NCBI GenBank assembly: GCA_963735595.1
Contig: CAVTLK010000005.1
Coordinates: forward strand, 640,001 to 704,000
Direction: 5' to 3'
DNA length: 64,000 nucleotides
DNA from: an uncultured delta proteobacterium
GTDB taxonomy: Bacteria > Desulfobacterota > Zymogenia > Zymogenales > Zymogenaceae
A model generated the notes under the pieces. The model saw only the letters and a program-made list of their open reading frames with translations, had not been told where the DNA came from and made no database searches. Position 1 is the stretch's first letter; the number at the start of each line of letters is the position of its first letter. Position numbers and translations under genes: made by a program. Below, one piece after another: positions 9,185 through 20,093 of the stretch.

Positions 9185-11074
9185 GTGATACTCGTGCTCA
9201 ACAAAGACATCAGCAGCCAGGATAAAGAACGGCTCCGCGACGAGCTGCGCGCCCAGAACCTGATCATAAAAGAGATGAAGGGCGTTGAGGAGACGATCTT
9301 CGGCGTCGTGGGCCAGATCGAGCGGGACATCCGCTATTTCGAGACGCTGCCCGGCGTCTTCCAGGTCATCCCGATCAGCAAGCCCTACAAGCTCGTCAGC
9401 CGGGAGATGCACCCCGCGAGCTCCGTCATCACCGTGGGCGACGTTGTCGTGGGCGGGGACCGACTGGTGGTCATCGCCGGGCCGTGCGGCGTGGAGGGGC
9501 GGCAGCGCACCCTGGAGATCGCCCGGGCCGTGAGGGCCAGCGGCGCGGTACTCTTCCGCGGCGGGGCGTTCAAGCCCCGGACGTCGCCCTATTCCTTCCA
9601 GGGGATGGGGGAGGAGGGTCTCAAGATCCTGGCCGAGGTCAGGGAAGAGACCGGCATGGGCATCGTGACCGAGATGACGGCTGTGGCCCAGGCCGACCTG
9701 ATGATGAAGTACGTGGACGTGGTCCAGATCGGGGCGCGCAACATGCAGAGCTTTGAGCTCCTCAAGACCGTCGGGCGGCTCAACAAGCCGGTCCTCCTGA
9801 AGCGGGGGATATCGGCCACCATCGAGGAATGGCTCATGGCCGCCGAGTATATCCTGTCGGAGGGAAACGACAGGGTCATCCTCTGCGAGCGGGGGATCAG
9901 GACGTTCGAGACCTATACCCGAAACACGCTTGACCTCACGGCTATCCCGGTGGTCAAGAAGCTCTCTCATCTCCCGGTCATCGTGGACCCGAGCCACGCA
10001 ACCGGCATCCGCGAAAAGGTCAGCCCCATGGCGCGCGCGGCGATTGCCGCCGGGGCCGACGGGATTATCGTGGAGGTCCACACCGAGCCGGAAAAGGCGC
10101 TCTCCGACGGGCCCCAGAGCCTCTACCCGCACCAGTTTGAACAGCTCATGCGTGACCTCTCGGTGATCGCCCCGGTGGTGGGCAAGCAGCTTGACTTTGG
10201 CTACATCCAGAAGGCCCGCATCATGGCGCGTCCCGTGGGGAAGGCCGGTGCGCCGGCCCGGGTCGTCTACCGCGGCGCCCCCGGCTCCTCCGGCCACCGG
10301 GCGGCCGCCCAGTTCTTCGGGGCGGACCAGAGCGAGGCGCGCCCGGCCTTTGCCGAGGTCTTCGAGGCGGTGGCGGCGGGCCAGGCGGCCTTCGGGATCA
10401 TCCCGCTGGAAAACTCGCTGACGGGAAGCATCCACGAGAACTACGACCTCCTGATGGCGCACGACCTCACGATCGTGGGCGAGCTGACGCTCAGGATCGT
10501 CCACAGCCTGATCGGCCGCAAGGTCGCGGGGCTTTCCGACATCCGGCGGGTCTACGCCACGCCCCAGGTCTTCGAGCGGTGCGCCGGTTTTCTCGAACAA
10601 CACCCCCAATGGGACGCCGTGGCCGTCAAGGACACGACCGCCGGGGTTATCCGGGTGAAGGAATCGAAGGGAAAACACGAGGCGGCCGTCGGTAGCCTTG
10701 AGAGCGCCCAACTCTTTGATCTTACGGTCCTCAAGGAGGGGATCGAGACCAGCCCCCGCAACTTCACGCGCTTTGCGGTTATCGCGGCCGAAGACCCGTT
10801 CGAGGGGCCGAAAGAGAAATCGTCCATCGTCTTTTCGGTGGCAGACCGGCCCGGAGCGCTATTCGAAACGCTCAAGGTCTTCGCCGACCGAACTATTAAT
10901 ATGGTCAAGCTCGAATCGAGGCCCGTTCCGGACAAATCGACGAGCTACCTTTTTTACGTCGATATGGAGATCGACATCAACGACCCGGCCTACGGGGACG
11001 TTCTGGGAGAGCTGAAAAATAGCACCCAGTACCTGAAGCTGTTGGGGACTTACCGGAAGGGGGCGACGATGTGA
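9185..11074 (+). CDS. aroF-pheA: DAHP synthase (type I-beta, N-terminal regulatory domain) fused to prephenate dehydratase (PDT + ACT)
   Basis: [41 protein letters not shown]; then [28 protein letters not shown]. Confidence 0.92.
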   Translation: MILVLNKDISSQDKERLRDELRAQNLIIKEMKGVEETIFGVVGQIERDIRYFETLPGVFQVIPISKPYKLVSREMHPASSVITVGDVVVGGDRLVVIAGPCGVEGRQRTLEIARAVRASGAVLFRGGAFKPRTSPYSFQGMGEEGLKILAEVREETGMGIVTEMTAVAQADLMMKYVDVVQIGARNMQSFELLKTVGRLNKPVLLKRGISATIEEWLMAAEYILSEGNDRVILCERGIRTFETYTRNTLDLTAIPVVKKLSHLPVIVDPSHATGIREKVSPMARAAIAAGADGIIVEVHTEPEKALSDGPQSLYPHQFEQLMRDLSVIAPVVGKQLDFGYIQKARIMARPVGKAGAPARVVYRGAPGSSGHRAAAQFFGADQSEARPAFAEVFEAVAAGQAAFGIIPLENSLTGSIHENYDLLMAHDLTIVGELTLRIVHSLIGRKVAGLSDIRRVYATPQVFERCAGFLEQHPQWDAVAVKDTTAGVIRVKESKGKHEAAVGSLESAQLFDLTVLKEGIETSPRNFTRFAVIAAEDPFEGPKEKSSIVFSVADRPGALFETLKVFADRTINMVKLESRPVPDKSTSYLFYVDMEIDINDPAYGDVLGELKNSTQYLKLLGTYRKGATM

Positions 11075-11143
11075 TACCAAAAAATTATTACCGGTTCGAC
11101 GTCGATATGCTATGATGGGCAAAACCGTGAGGAGGCCGTTACC

Positions 11144-11617
11144 ATGCGGAAGGCATTATTGCTGGCGGCTACGGTCGCCGTCTCATTTCTCCCCGGCGCC
11201 GTCGGGTCTCTCTTTACCGCGCCGGCGATCCCGACCTGGTATGCCGGACTGATTAAGCCCGCCTACAATCCGCCCGACTGGGTCTTCGGGCCGGCCTGGA
11301 CACTCCTCTACCTGCTGATGGGGATTGCCCTCTTCCTTGTCGTCAGAGACGGGATGAGTCAGCGGCGGATGAAGGCCGCCGTCGTTGCCTTTGCGGCCCA
11401 GCTTTTTCTCAACGGCCTCTGGTCGTATGTCTTCTTCGGCCTGAAGTCGCCCGGGTGGGCGCTCGTGGAAATCGCGGCGCTCTGGGTTTCCATCGTCATC
11501 TCTCTTGTCCTTTTCTTCCGAGTATCAAGGGCGGCGGGCCTGCTGCTCGTCCCGTATCTCGGCTGGGTAACGTTTGCGGCCCTGCTAAACGGGGCGATAT
11601 GGCGTCTCAACGGGTAG
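11144..11617 (+). CDS. tspO: TspO/MBR family protein
   Basis: WYAGLIKPAYNPPDWVFGPAWTLLY, LNGLWS..FFG, LLVPYLGWVTFA..LN. Confidence 0.93.
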   Translation: MRKALLLAATVAVSFLPGAVGSLFTAPAIPTWYAGLIKPAYNPPDWVFGPAWTLLYLLMGIALFLVVRDGMSQRRMKAAVVAFAAQLFLNGLWSYVFFGLKSPGWALVEIAALWVSIVISLVLFFRVSRAAGLLLVPYLGWVTFAALLNGAIWRLNG

Positions 11618-11707
11618 GAGGCCGTCGGCAGTTTTGGAGGCTGCGCCGCACCGACAGAAAGCCGAAAGGAATATATCATAACCCATACCTATAGGTGTTG
11701 ACTGACG

Positions 11708-12028
11708 ATGATAAGCTGGCTGTTTCTCCTGGTCGCAATTCTCTCGGAGGTAGCGGGGACCATCTGCATGAAGCTCTCGATGGGGCTTACTAAGCTCATT
11801 CCCACCATCGTGATGTTCGTGCTCTACGGGATCAGCTTCACCGCGCTGGCGTTTTCGCTCAAAACCATAGACGTGAGCGTCTCGTACGCCATCTGGTCGG
11901 GGCTGGGCACGGCCGTTATCGCGGTGGCGGGATATTTCATCTTCGGTGAGCCGCTGGGCGCATTCAAGGTCGTCTCTATCTGCCTGATCATCGCCGGGGT
12001 GGTGGGCCTCAATATCGCCGGGCACTGA
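11708..12028 (+). CDS. SMR-family small multidrug/guanidinium efflux protein
   Basis: Four TM segments, conserved TM1 Glu (AILSEVAGT), YAIWSGLG. Confidence 0.9.
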   Translation: MISWLFLLVAILSEVAGTICMKLSMGLTKLIPTIVMFVLYGISFTALAFSLKTIDVSVSYAIWSGLGTAVIAVAGYFIFGEPLGAFKVVSICLIIAGVVGLNIAGH

Positions 12029-12063
12029 GCCCTTATCGTTAACCCTAAGGGAGGGGACATACG

Positions 12064-13095
12064 GTGGTCGAAAAGAGACAGATGAAAACAGGCGTAGCCT
12101 ACTTCGAGACGAGAAACCTCAGGCACGTCAAGGAGGATCTCGCCGACATGGTGGCGCATAACTGCACCTTTGTCGTCCACACTATGAGCGAGTACGACCT
12201 CAACTTCAACACGCTGGTGATGAAGGATATCGTCTCGCTTTCCCACGATATGGGGCTTGAGGTCTACATCAATCCCTGGGGGGTGGGGCGGGTCTTCGGC
12301 GGCCCGGAGCCCTATTCCCACTGGATCGCCGAGCGGCCCGACCAGTGTCAGAAGATGAACGACGGCAGCCACGCGCCGATCGCGTGCCTGGTCAGCCGGC
12401 CGTTTCGGGACTACGTGAAGTACTGGATCGACCAGGCGGCCGCCACCGGGGCCGACATCGTCTTCTGGGACGAGCCGCACTATTATTACACCCACGAGAT
12501 GCTTTTCGGCGGCGCCGGGCGCGATCGGTGGGCCTGCGCCTGTGACCGGTGCCGGGCGCTCTTTACCGAGCGGTTCGGCCGTGACCTGCCGTCGAACATG
12601 GATGATGACCTCATCGCATTCAGGGACAGGGTCGTGCTCGATCTCTTTTCCGAGATCACGGCTCATGCCGCGGGCCACGGCATGAAAAACGCCGTCTGCG
12701 TCCTGCCGGACGAGAACCCGCTGGTCGGCCTGTCCACGTGGGACGGACTTGCCGAAATAGAGGGCCTCGATATCTTCGGCACCGATCCCTATTGGATGGT
12801 CTTCGACCGGCCCGTCGATCAGTACGTTCGGGCAACGGCGCAGCGGGTGATGGATATCTGCGACAGGACCGGAAAAGAGGCCCAGCTCTGGGTGCAGGCG
12901 TTCCTGATCTGGAAGGGCCGGGAAGAGGAAGTCGCGCGGGCGGTCCAGATCATGGCCGAGGAGGGGATAGCTAACATCGCCGCCTGGGCGTACCTCGGGT
13001 CGGCTTACTGGAACCACAAATGCCAGGACCACGAAAAGGTCTGGGAGATACTGGGCCGGGCCTTTGGGGAGGCGGCGGGCGCACAAAAGCCTTGA
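12064..13095 (+). CDS. Uncharacterised TIM-barrel glycoside-hydrolase-like protein
   Basis: PWGVGRVFGG, FWDEPH, CxCxxC, FGTDPYW, WVQAF motifs suggest a GH-type barrel; family not pinned down. Confidence 0.55.
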   Translation: MVEKRQMKTGVAYFETRNLRHVKEDLADMVAHNCTFVVHTMSEYDLNFNTLVMKDIVSLSHDMGLEVYINPWGVGRVFGGPEPYSHWIAERPDQCQKMNDGSHAPIACLVSRPFRDYVKYWIDQAAATGADIVFWDEPHYYYTHEMLFGGAGRDRWACACDRCRALFTERFGRDLPSNMDDDLIAFRDRVVLDLFSEITAHAAGHGMKNAVCVLPDENPLVGLSTWDGLAEIEGLDIFGTDPYWMVFDRPVDQYVRATAQRVMDICDRTGKEAQLWVQAFLIWKGREEEVARAVQIMAEEGIANIAAWAYLGSAYWNHKCQDHEKVWEILGRAFGEAAGAQKP

Positions 13096-13356
13096 GCATC
13101 GGCAAGATACATGATAGAATAAGTCATGATTTAAACAGCCCGCCCCGCGGATTTCCGAACCGTTGCACGGCGAGGGCGAGCAAAAGGCCGGAAATAATTT
13201 AGAATTCCCCATTAAAATCTGCGAGGGAAACGCGTTTCGTCTTGACGGTGTTCGCGTTTTCCTATATAAGTGAATGCCGACGCGCCGCGAGGGACGGCGC
13301 GGTTCAGTATGCGAAGTGTCAGAAAATCGATAACGAGAGATATACCGAGGTAACCG

Positions 13357-14880
13357 TTGCTCTACAAAGCGCCGTACGATACTTTTTCCGATTTCATCAT
13401 CGTCAGGGACAAAGACCTGTGCATCAACTGCCGCGTCTGCGAGCGGCAGTGTTCTTACAACGCGCACGTGTACGATCCCGAGACCGACTCGATGAAGGAA
13501 GATAACTCCAAATGCGTAGACTGCCACCGGTGCGAGGCCCTCTGCCCCACCGGGGCGCTCTCCATCCGTGAGAACCCCCGAAACTTCAAGGCAAACGCCA
13601 GTTGGACGGCCTACCACATCAAGAACCTCTACAAGCAGGCCTCCACGGGCGGCATCCTCTTGACCGGGATGGGCAACGACAAGCCCTACAGGATCTACTG
13701 GGACCACATCCTGCTTGACGCCAGCCAGGTCACCAACCCCTCCATCGACCCCCTGAGGGAGCCGATGGAGCTGATTACCTACCTCGGGCGAAAGCCGGAC
13801 GCCGTGGACGTGGTCAGGGAAGGCGGGAAACTCACGCTCAAGACGCCGCTCGAACCCCAGGTCAAGCTCGATTATCCCATCGTCTTTTCGGCAATGAGCT
13901 ACGGCGCCATCAACTATAACGCACACCTTGCCATGGCGAAGGCCGCCAGGGAGTGCGGGATACTTTACAACACGGGCGAAGGCGGGCTCCACCCGACGCT
14001 GTACGACTACGGGCCGTGGACCATCGTCCAGGTCGCCTCGGGCCGCTTCGGCGTGCACGCCGACTACCTGAATGCGGGATCGGCCATCGAGATCAAGGTC
14101 GGGCAGGGGGCAAAACCGGGCATCGGCGGGCACCTGCCCGGTGAGAAGGTCAGCGAAGGGATCAGCCTGACCCGGATGATCCCGACCGGGACCGACGCGC
14201 TCTCGCCCGCGCCGCACCACGATATCTACTCCATCGAGGACCTGCGCCAGCTCATCTACGCCCTCAAGGAGGCCTCCGGCTACGCGAAGCCGGTCTCCGT
14301 CAAGATCGCCGCCGTGCATAACGTGGCGGCCATCGCATCGGGCATGGTGCGGGCAGGCGCAGACATCATCGCCATCGACGGGCTGAGGGGCGGCACGGGC
14401 GCAGCGCCCGTGATGATCCGGGATAACGTCGGGATACCGCTGGAGCTGGCGCTGGCCGCGGTGGACGACCGGCTGCGGCAGGAGGGGATCAGAAACCAGG
14501 CGTCGATACTGGCTGCCGGCGGCATCCGCTGCAGCGCGGACGTAGTCAAGGCCATCGCGCTGGGGGCCGACGCCGTCTACATCGGCACGGCGGCCCTCAT
14601 CGCCATGGGCTGCGGGATGTGCCAGAAGTGCTATACCGGCAAGTGCCCCTGGGGGATCACCACCAACGACCCATACCTGGCTAAGCGGCTCAACCCCGAT
14701 ATCGCCACCGAGCGGCTCATCAACCTCGTCCACGCCTGGGGCCATGAGATACAGGAAATGCTCGGCGGGATGGGGCTCAACGCAATCGAAAGCCTGAGGG
14801 GCAACCGCGAGCGGCTACGGGGCGTGGAGCTTTCCCGGGTGGAGCTGGATATCCTGGGGATCAAGCACGCGGGGGAATAA
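13357..14880 (+). CDS. Glutamate synthase FMN-binding subunit (archaeal-type GltB2) with N-terminal ferredoxin domain
   Basis: Two CxxCxxCxxxC motifs, QVTNPSIDPLRE, AMSYGA, NTGEGG, QVASGRFGV, EIKVGQGAKPGIGGHLPG, CGMCQKCYTGKCPWG. Confidence 0.93.
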   Translation: MLYKAPYDTFSDFIIVRDKDLCINCRVCERQCSYNAHVYDPETDSMKEDNSKCVDCHRCEALCPTGALSIRENPRNFKANASWTAYHIKNLYKQASTGGILLTGMGNDKPYRIYWDHILLDASQVTNPSIDPLREPMELITYLGRKPDAVDVVREGGKLTLKTPLEPQVKLDYPIVFSAMSYGAINYNAHLAMAKAARECGILYNTGEGGLHPTLYDYGPWTIVQVASGRFGVHADYLNAGSAIEIKVGQGAKPGIGGHLPGEKVSEGISLTRMIPTGTDALSPAPHHDIYSIEDLRQLIYALKEASGYAKPVSVKIAAVHNVAAIASGMVRAGADIIAIDGLRGGTGAAPVMIRDNVGIPLELALAAVDDRLRQEGIRNQASILAAGGIRCSADVVKAIALGADAVYIGTAALIAMGCGMCQKCYTGKCPWGITTNDPYLAKRLNPDIATERLINLVHAWGHEIQEMLGGMGLNAIESLRGNRERLRGVELSRVELDILGIKHAGE

Positions 14881-14924
14881 AGACCCCGGGAATTATATAG
14901 AACGACTATTTATGAGATAATCCC

Positions 14925-15365
14925 ATGAGATACGTCGTGGCCAAAGAGGAGGTCTGCATCGGGTGCCGGCTCTGTGAGATCGCCTGCATCGTGGAACACT
15001 CCCGAACCAAAGACATCGTCAAGACCTACCGGGAAGAAGACCGTCCCGTCTCCCGCGCCCACGTAGAGGAAGAAGGACCGGTCTCCCTTTCGATTACGTG
15101 CCGGCACTGCGAAGACGCCTGGTGTGTCTCGGCCTGCATCACCGGCGCCATGCATAAGCTGCCGGACGGCCGGGTGCTGGTGGATACCGATAAGTGCGTC
15201 GGGTGCTGGTCGTGCGTCATGGCCTGCCGGGTGGGGGCCGTAGCGATGGATGAGGCGGCCCACAGATCGGTCAAGTGCGATCTTTGTGGGGACAGACTAA
15301 CCCCCGCCTGCGTTGAGGCCTGCCCAAACAGGGCGCTGGTTGTCGTCGAGGAGGAAGTCGGATGA
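14925..15365 (+). CDS. 4Fe-4S dicluster protein (HydN/CooF-like)
   Basis: CIGCRLCEIAC, CRHCEDAWCVSAC, CVGCWSCVMAC, KCDLC..PACVEACP. Confidence 0.9.
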   Translation: MRYVVAKEEVCIGCRLCEIACIVEHSRTKDIVKTYREEDRPVSRAHVEEEGPVSLSITCRHCEDAWCVSACITGAMHKLPDGRVLVDTDKCVGCWSCVMACRVGAVAMDEAAHRSVKCDLCGDRLTPACVEACPNRALVVVEEEVG

Positions 15366-16627
15366 ACTATCTCATCATCGGCGGCGGTGTGGCGGCCCTC
15401 GGGGCCATCGACGGCATCCGCTCCATCGATACCACGGGTAAGATTACTCTTGTAACCAACGAGCCGTTTCCCCCCTATTCGCGGCCGGGGATCAGCTACT
15501 GGCTTTCGGGGAAGCTTGCCGACTGGGGCATGCCGCTCCGCGACGAGGCGTTCTACCGGGAGGCCGGCGTAACGATCCTCACCGAAACCCGGGCGGTAAC
15601 GCTCGATACGAAAAAGAAAACGGTCGCCACTGACCGCGCGGGGACAATTGCCTACGATAAGCTGCTCCTGGCCACAGGCGGTGCCCCGATCATCCCCCCC
15701 ATCGAGGGGATCGCGGGGACCGACATGATCTTTACCTTTACCACCTACAACGACGCCCTGACGATCTCGGCAAAAAAGGACCGGATCAGGCGGGCGGTGG
15801 TGGTGGGTGGCGGCCTCATCGGGCTCAAGGCCGCCGAGGCCCTCAACGACATCGGGATTTCGGTCACCGTTGTCGAGCTCATGGATAGAATCCTTTCGCT
15901 GGCCTTCGACAAGACGGCCGGAGACCTGATGAAGAAGCGGCTCGAAAAGGCCGGCATCGCCGTAATAACCGGAGACTCCGTTACTGCGGTTACGGCCGCG
16001 GGCGGCGCCGTATCGGCGACAAAGCTTGGCTCGGGCGCGACGATCGATACGGACGCGCTGGTTGTGGCCGTCGGGGTAAAGCCGGATACGGCGCTTGCCG
16101 CGGCGGCCGGCATCAAGGTCAACCGGGGCATCCTCGTTGACCAGTACCTCATGACGTCGGCGCCGGACGTGTTTGCCGCCGGCGACGTGGTGGAGGCATA
16201 CGACCTGGCGGCAAAGGACCGGCGGGTCACGCCGATCTTGCCCAACGCCTCCCGACAGGGGCGGCAGGCAGGCCGCAACATGGCCGGGGCGGCCGAATCG
16301 TACGAGGGGGGGCTGCCGATGAACTCAATCGGCTTTTACGGGCTTTCGTCGATCAGCGTGGGCCTGGTTAACCCGGCCGAGGGTTCCCCGTACCGGGTCG
16401 TGACGCGCCTGGACGAAGCGTGCGACATCTACCGAAAGCTCATCTTCGATGACGGCAGACTCGTGGGTGCGGTCCTCGTGGGTGACGTGGCGCGGGCCGG
16501 CATCTTTTTCGGTTTGGTAAGGGACGGGACGCCCGTGACCGGCATGGAAGAGAAAATGCTCTCGACGGACTTCGGCCACGTCCACTTCGATAAAGAGGTC
16601 AGGACACAGAGGTTGAAGAGATCATGA
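15362..16627 (+). CDS. FAD/NAD(P)-dependent oxidoreductase (NirB/rubredoxin reductase-like)
   Basis: GGGVAA, YDKLLLATGG, GGGLIG, TSAPDVFAAGDV. Confidence 0.9.
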   Translation: MNYLIIGGGVAALGAIDGIRSIDTTGKITLVTNEPFPPYSRPGISYWLSGKLADWGMPLRDEAFYREAGVTILTETRAVTLDTKKKTVATDRAGTIAYDKLLLATGGAPIIPPIEGIAGTDMIFTFTTYNDALTISAKKDRIRRAVVVGGGLIGLKAAEALNDIGISVTVVELMDRILSLAFDKTAGDLMKKRLEKAGIAVITGDSVTAVTAAGGAVSATKLGSGATIDTDALVVAVGVKPDTALAAAAGIKVNRGILVDQYLMTSAPDVFAAGDVVEAYDLAAKDRRVTPILPNASRQGRQAGRNMAGAAESYEGGLPMNSIGFYGLSSISVGLVNPAEGSPYRVVTRLDEACDIYRKLIFDDGRLVGAVLVGDVARAGIFFGLVRDGTPVTGMEEKMLSTDFGHVHFDKEVRTQRLKRS

Positions 16628-17730
16628 ACCATACCTATCAGAAAGATATCTCGGGATGCGGACTTGCCGGCATCATAAACAGGAAGGGCGAGCGCATCTC
16701 CGGCTCGGTTGTCACCAAGGCCATTTGGAACCAGCACGACCGCGGGAACGGACTGGGGGGCGGGTTCGCCGCCTACGGGATCTATCCCAGCTACCGCGAG
16801 CTCTACGCCTTCCATATCATGTACAGCCACGACCGGGCGCTGGAGGAGACGGAACGGTTCCTGAAAGACAAGATGATCATCCACCACCAGGAATGGATGC
16901 CGATCCGGGAGACGGAGAAGATCCAGAACCATCCCCTTCTGATGCGCTATTTCGTCCTGCCGTCGCACTCTAACGAGGAAAAGCAGAAGCTGGACGTCGG
17001 CACGGTCACCGAGGACGACATCATGGTCGGGCGCGTCATGCACATCAACCACGATATCGACGGTGCCTTCGTCTTTTCGTCCGGCAAGAACATGGGAGCC
17101 TTCAAGGGCGTTGGATTTCCCGAGGACATCAGCGAGTTCTTCCGCCTGGATGAATACCGGGGATATATCTGGACCGCCCACAACCGATTCCCCACCAATA
17201 CCCCCGGCTGGTGGGGCGGGGCGCACCCCTTCACGATCCTGGACTGGTCAATCGTCCATAACGGCGAGATATCCTCCTACGGCATCAATAAGCGCTACCT
17301 GGAGATGTTCGGGTATAAGTGTACGCTTCTGACCGATACCGAGGTGGTAGCCTACATGCTCGACCTGCTCATACGGCGCCACGGCCTTTCCTACGAGGTG
17401 GCCTGCAAGGCGCTGGCCTCCCCCTTCTGGCACGAGATCGATTTGATGGACAAGGACGAAGCCCAGGCGCTGGCGGCGATCAGGATGGTTTACGGATCGT
17501 CGCTTCTTAACGGCCCCTTTGCAATTCTGTTTGCCAACAACCGGGGGCTCGTGGGCCTCAACGACCGGGTGAAGCTCAGACCGCTGGTTGTGGCCGAGCA
17601 GGGGGACTTTGTCTACCTGGCCTCGGAGGAGAGCGCGATACGCGAGATATGCCCGGATGTCGATGAAGTCTGGGCGCCCATCGCCGGAGAGCCGGTGGTC
17701 ACGCTCCTCTCGGATGCGGCCGCGGCATAA
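16624..17730 (+). CDS. Glutamate synthase amidotransferase subunit (class II GATase, GltB1)
   Basis: N-terminal GCG, RGNGLGGG, HNRFPTNT..WGGAHPF, HNGEI, TDTE, DRVKLRP. Confidence 0.92.
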   Translation: MNHTYQKDISGCGLAGIINRKGERISGSVVTKAIWNQHDRGNGLGGGFAAYGIYPSYRELYAFHIMYSHDRALEETERFLKDKMIIHHQEWMPIRETEKIQNHPLLMRYFVLPSHSNEEKQKLDVGTVTEDDIMVGRVMHINHDIDGAFVFSSGKNMGAFKGVGFPEDISEFFRLDEYRGYIWTAHNRFPTNTPGWWGGAHPFTILDWSIVHNGEISSYGINKRYLEMFGYKCTLLTDTEVVAYMLDLLIRRHGLSYEVACKALASPFWHEIDLMDKDEAQALAAIRMVYGSSLLNGPFAILFANNRGLVGLNDRVKLRPLVVAEQGDFVYLASEESAIREICPDVDEVWAPIAGEPVVTLLSDAAAA

Positions 17731-17741
17731 GGGAAACACAG

Positions 17742-18503
17742 ATGATTCAGAAGAAAGACTCGGCATTCAGGATCGATTCGGCGGGGGTCTACTACAAAGA
17801 CCTCAACAAGGCCGTCAGGGATAAAATCGGTTCCGGCGTCAGGCACTTTGATCTCATCAACGTCAACGGCCAGCGCTATATCGCCGACGCGCTCAAGGCC
17901 GAGATTACCATCGATATACACGGCACGCCGGGCCAGGATATCGGCGCCTTTATGAACGGCCCGATCGTCCGCGTTCACGGCAACGCCCAGGACGGCGTCG
18001 GCAACACTATGGACGGCGGCAAGATAGTGGTGGACGGAATGGTGGGGGACGTCTGCGGCTATGCCATGCGGGGCGGAAAGATCCACATAAAGGGAGACTG
18101 CGGCTACCGGGTGGGAATCCACATGAAGGAGTATTACGAGAAAGTTCCCGTGATCGTGGTGGGGGGTAAGGCAGGGGATTTCTTCGGCGAGTACATGGCG
18201 GGAGGAAGGCTCATCCTGTTAGGGATGTATTCTCGACATCCCGAGCGGCCGATCGCGGGGCTCTTCATGGGAACAGGGATGCACGGCGGGGCGATCTTCG
18301 TGAGAGGCGTAGTGGACGAGAACCGTCTCGGCAAGGAGCTTGGTGTGGCCGAGCCCAGCCAACAGGACAGAGAGATCCTTGAGTTCTTTATCGCCGATTT
18401 TGCCAAGGACTTTGACCTTGACGCCGCCGAGATAATGTCGGAGCCGTTCTACAAATACTACCCAAAATCACTGAGGCCTTACGGCAATCTCTACGCCTAT
18501 TGA
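17742..18503 (+). CDS. Glutamate synthase GXGXG subunit (GltB3)
   Basis: Repeated GXGXG beta-helix motifs, GEYMAGG, GTGMHGG. Confidence 0.92.
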   Translation: MIQKKDSAFRIDSAGVYYKDLNKAVRDKIGSGVRHFDLINVNGQRYIADALKAEITIDIHGTPGQDIGAFMNGPIVRVHGNAQDGVGNTMDGGKIVVDGMVGDVCGYAMRGGKIHIKGDCGYRVGIHMKEYYEKVPVIVVGGKAGDFFGEYMAGGRLILLGMYSRHPERPIAGLFMGTGMHGGAIFVRGVVDENRLGKELGVAEPSQQDREILEFFIADFAKDFDLDAAEIMSEPFYKYYPKSLRPYGNLYAY

Positions 18504-18863
18504 GGTTCGGACCTCACACCTGTTGTTACTCACCCTCCGTGGATTGCCTTCCGGGGGGTTTGTATTTCGGCGGTAAACGAGGCGGGCCTTCTCGTGACGC
18601 GGATATATATCGGGCGGGCGCTCGACGGCCGCGGAAACGCTCCTGTCGTCCTCTCGGGTTCGACGCAGAGGCAAAACGGGCGGGGATAGCGTAATCATAC
18701 GTGCATCAATTTAAGAAATCTTTATCATTAATTATAATACGTTTTTCGTTGAAGGGAGGGCGGTAAAGAGGTATACTGTATACATCAGCGTTGTCTCGTC
18801 TTTCATAGCCTCAGCTGATCCGTCCTGTGTCGGAGATCAGGTATACCTATCCGGGAGACGATA

Positions 18864-19430
18864 ATGGTGGAAAAAACGGTATCCAATATTTCGATTCGCG
18901 CGACGATAGACGCCACGTGCGAGATACTGGGCGATAACGGCCTCAAAGCCCTGCTCAACTACGCGAAGCTCGGCTATATCCTGGACAACATCCCCGACTA
19001 CTCTTTTACCAAGAGCTACGAGGAACGCGAATTCAACGGCCTGACTTCGAGTTTCTATTCGATTCTCGGCACGTCCGGCGCCAAGGCCCTTTTCAGGCTA
19101 ATCGGCAAGGCCATCGGCGGTAAAGTCCTCGCGTCCGGGGCCTTTGATTCCCTCAAGGACCTGCCGGCCGATGAAAAGGCCCTCAAGATGCTGGAGATAT
19201 ATGCCATGGCAACGGGAAAGGGGAAGGCCTTTCAAGAGGGAGATATCGTTGTTTACGATAACCCACAGTGCACGGCATGCGTCGGATTGAAGGACAGCAC
19301 CCCCGTTTGCACCGCGCTCAACGGCATGTTCGACGAATACTTCAAATGGGCCGGCGTTACGGATAAAAGGACCGTGGAGACGAAGTGCATCGCAATGGGA
19401 GATACGGCCTGCCGGTACGAGCTGGTTTGA
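18864..19430 (+). CDS. Stand-alone V4R-domain protein 1
   Basis: LGxNGLKALLNY, DNPQCTAC, PVC...G, VETKCIAMGDTACRYE. Confidence 0.85.
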   Translation: MVEKTVSNISIRATIDATCEILGDNGLKALLNYAKLGYILDNIPDYSFTKSYEEREFNGLTSSFYSILGTSGAKALFRLIGKAIGGKVLASGAFDSLKDLPADEKALKMLEIYAMATGKGKAFQEGDIVVYDNPQCTACVGLKDSTPVCTALNGMFDEYFKWAGVTDKRTVETKCIAMGDTACRYELV

Positions 19431-19517
19431 AGATGTAATACGCAAGACGCCGTTAGATATACTTTAACGGATAGGATCATTCACCCATCCTTAATCCATT
19501 CCAGTTAGGAGCGCGAG

Positions 19518-20093
19518 ATGGCAGACAAAACGGTTGGAAATATCGTAATTCGGCTGACGCTTGACTCCGCAGAGGAGGTGCTTGGCATCAACGGGCTCAA
19601 GGCGATCCTCAACTTCTCCAAGATGGCCCACCTGTTGGAGAACAAGCCCGACTATTCGTTCGAGAAGAATTTTACCGACGACGAATTCCGGGCGGTTTCG
19701 TCCAGCTTCGCGGAGGTTCTCGGTTTGGACGGCGGACGGGCGATCTTCCGCCTGATCGGCAAAGCGATGGGCAAGAACGCGATCAAGATCGGGGCATATG
19801 AGTCGCTCAAGGAGCTGCTTCCCGACGAGAAGCTCTTCAAGGCTATCGAGCTTTACTCCCTGGTCTCCGGCAGGGGAAAGGTGATGAGGGAGGGGGACGT
19901 GATCGTCTTCGACAATCCCCAGTGTACGCTGTGCGCTAAAGTAAAGCACGACCACCCGATCTGCAGCCTCTATAATGGGTACCTGGATACGACCGTCGAA
20001 TGGTCGGGGGTCACGGGGAAGAAGACGGTGGAGACCGCCTGCATGGCGATGGGAGATAAATCCTGCCGGTTTGAGGTCCTGCCGGTTGACTGA
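19518..20093 (+). CDS. Stand-alone V4R-domain protein 2
   Basis: LGINGLKAILNF, DNPQCTLC, PICSLYNG, VETACMAMGDKSCRFE. Confidence 0.87.
   Translation: MADKTVGNIVIRLTLDSAEEVLGINGLKAILNFSKMAHLLENKPDYSFEKNFTDDEFRAVSSSFAEVLGLDGGRAIFRLIGKAMGKNAIKIGAYESLKELLPDEKLFKAIELYSLVSGRGKVMREGDVIVFDNPQCTLCAKVKHDHPICSLYNGYLDTTVEWSGVTGKKTVETACMAMGDKSCRFEVLPVD

Noticed and set aside
11824..14745. 973-aa minus-strand ORF and other long antisense ORFs (e.g. 9155..10711, 28880..30382, 37079..38482)
   Set aside because: They are shadow frames of well-supported high-GC plus-strand genes and contain no recognisable motifs.
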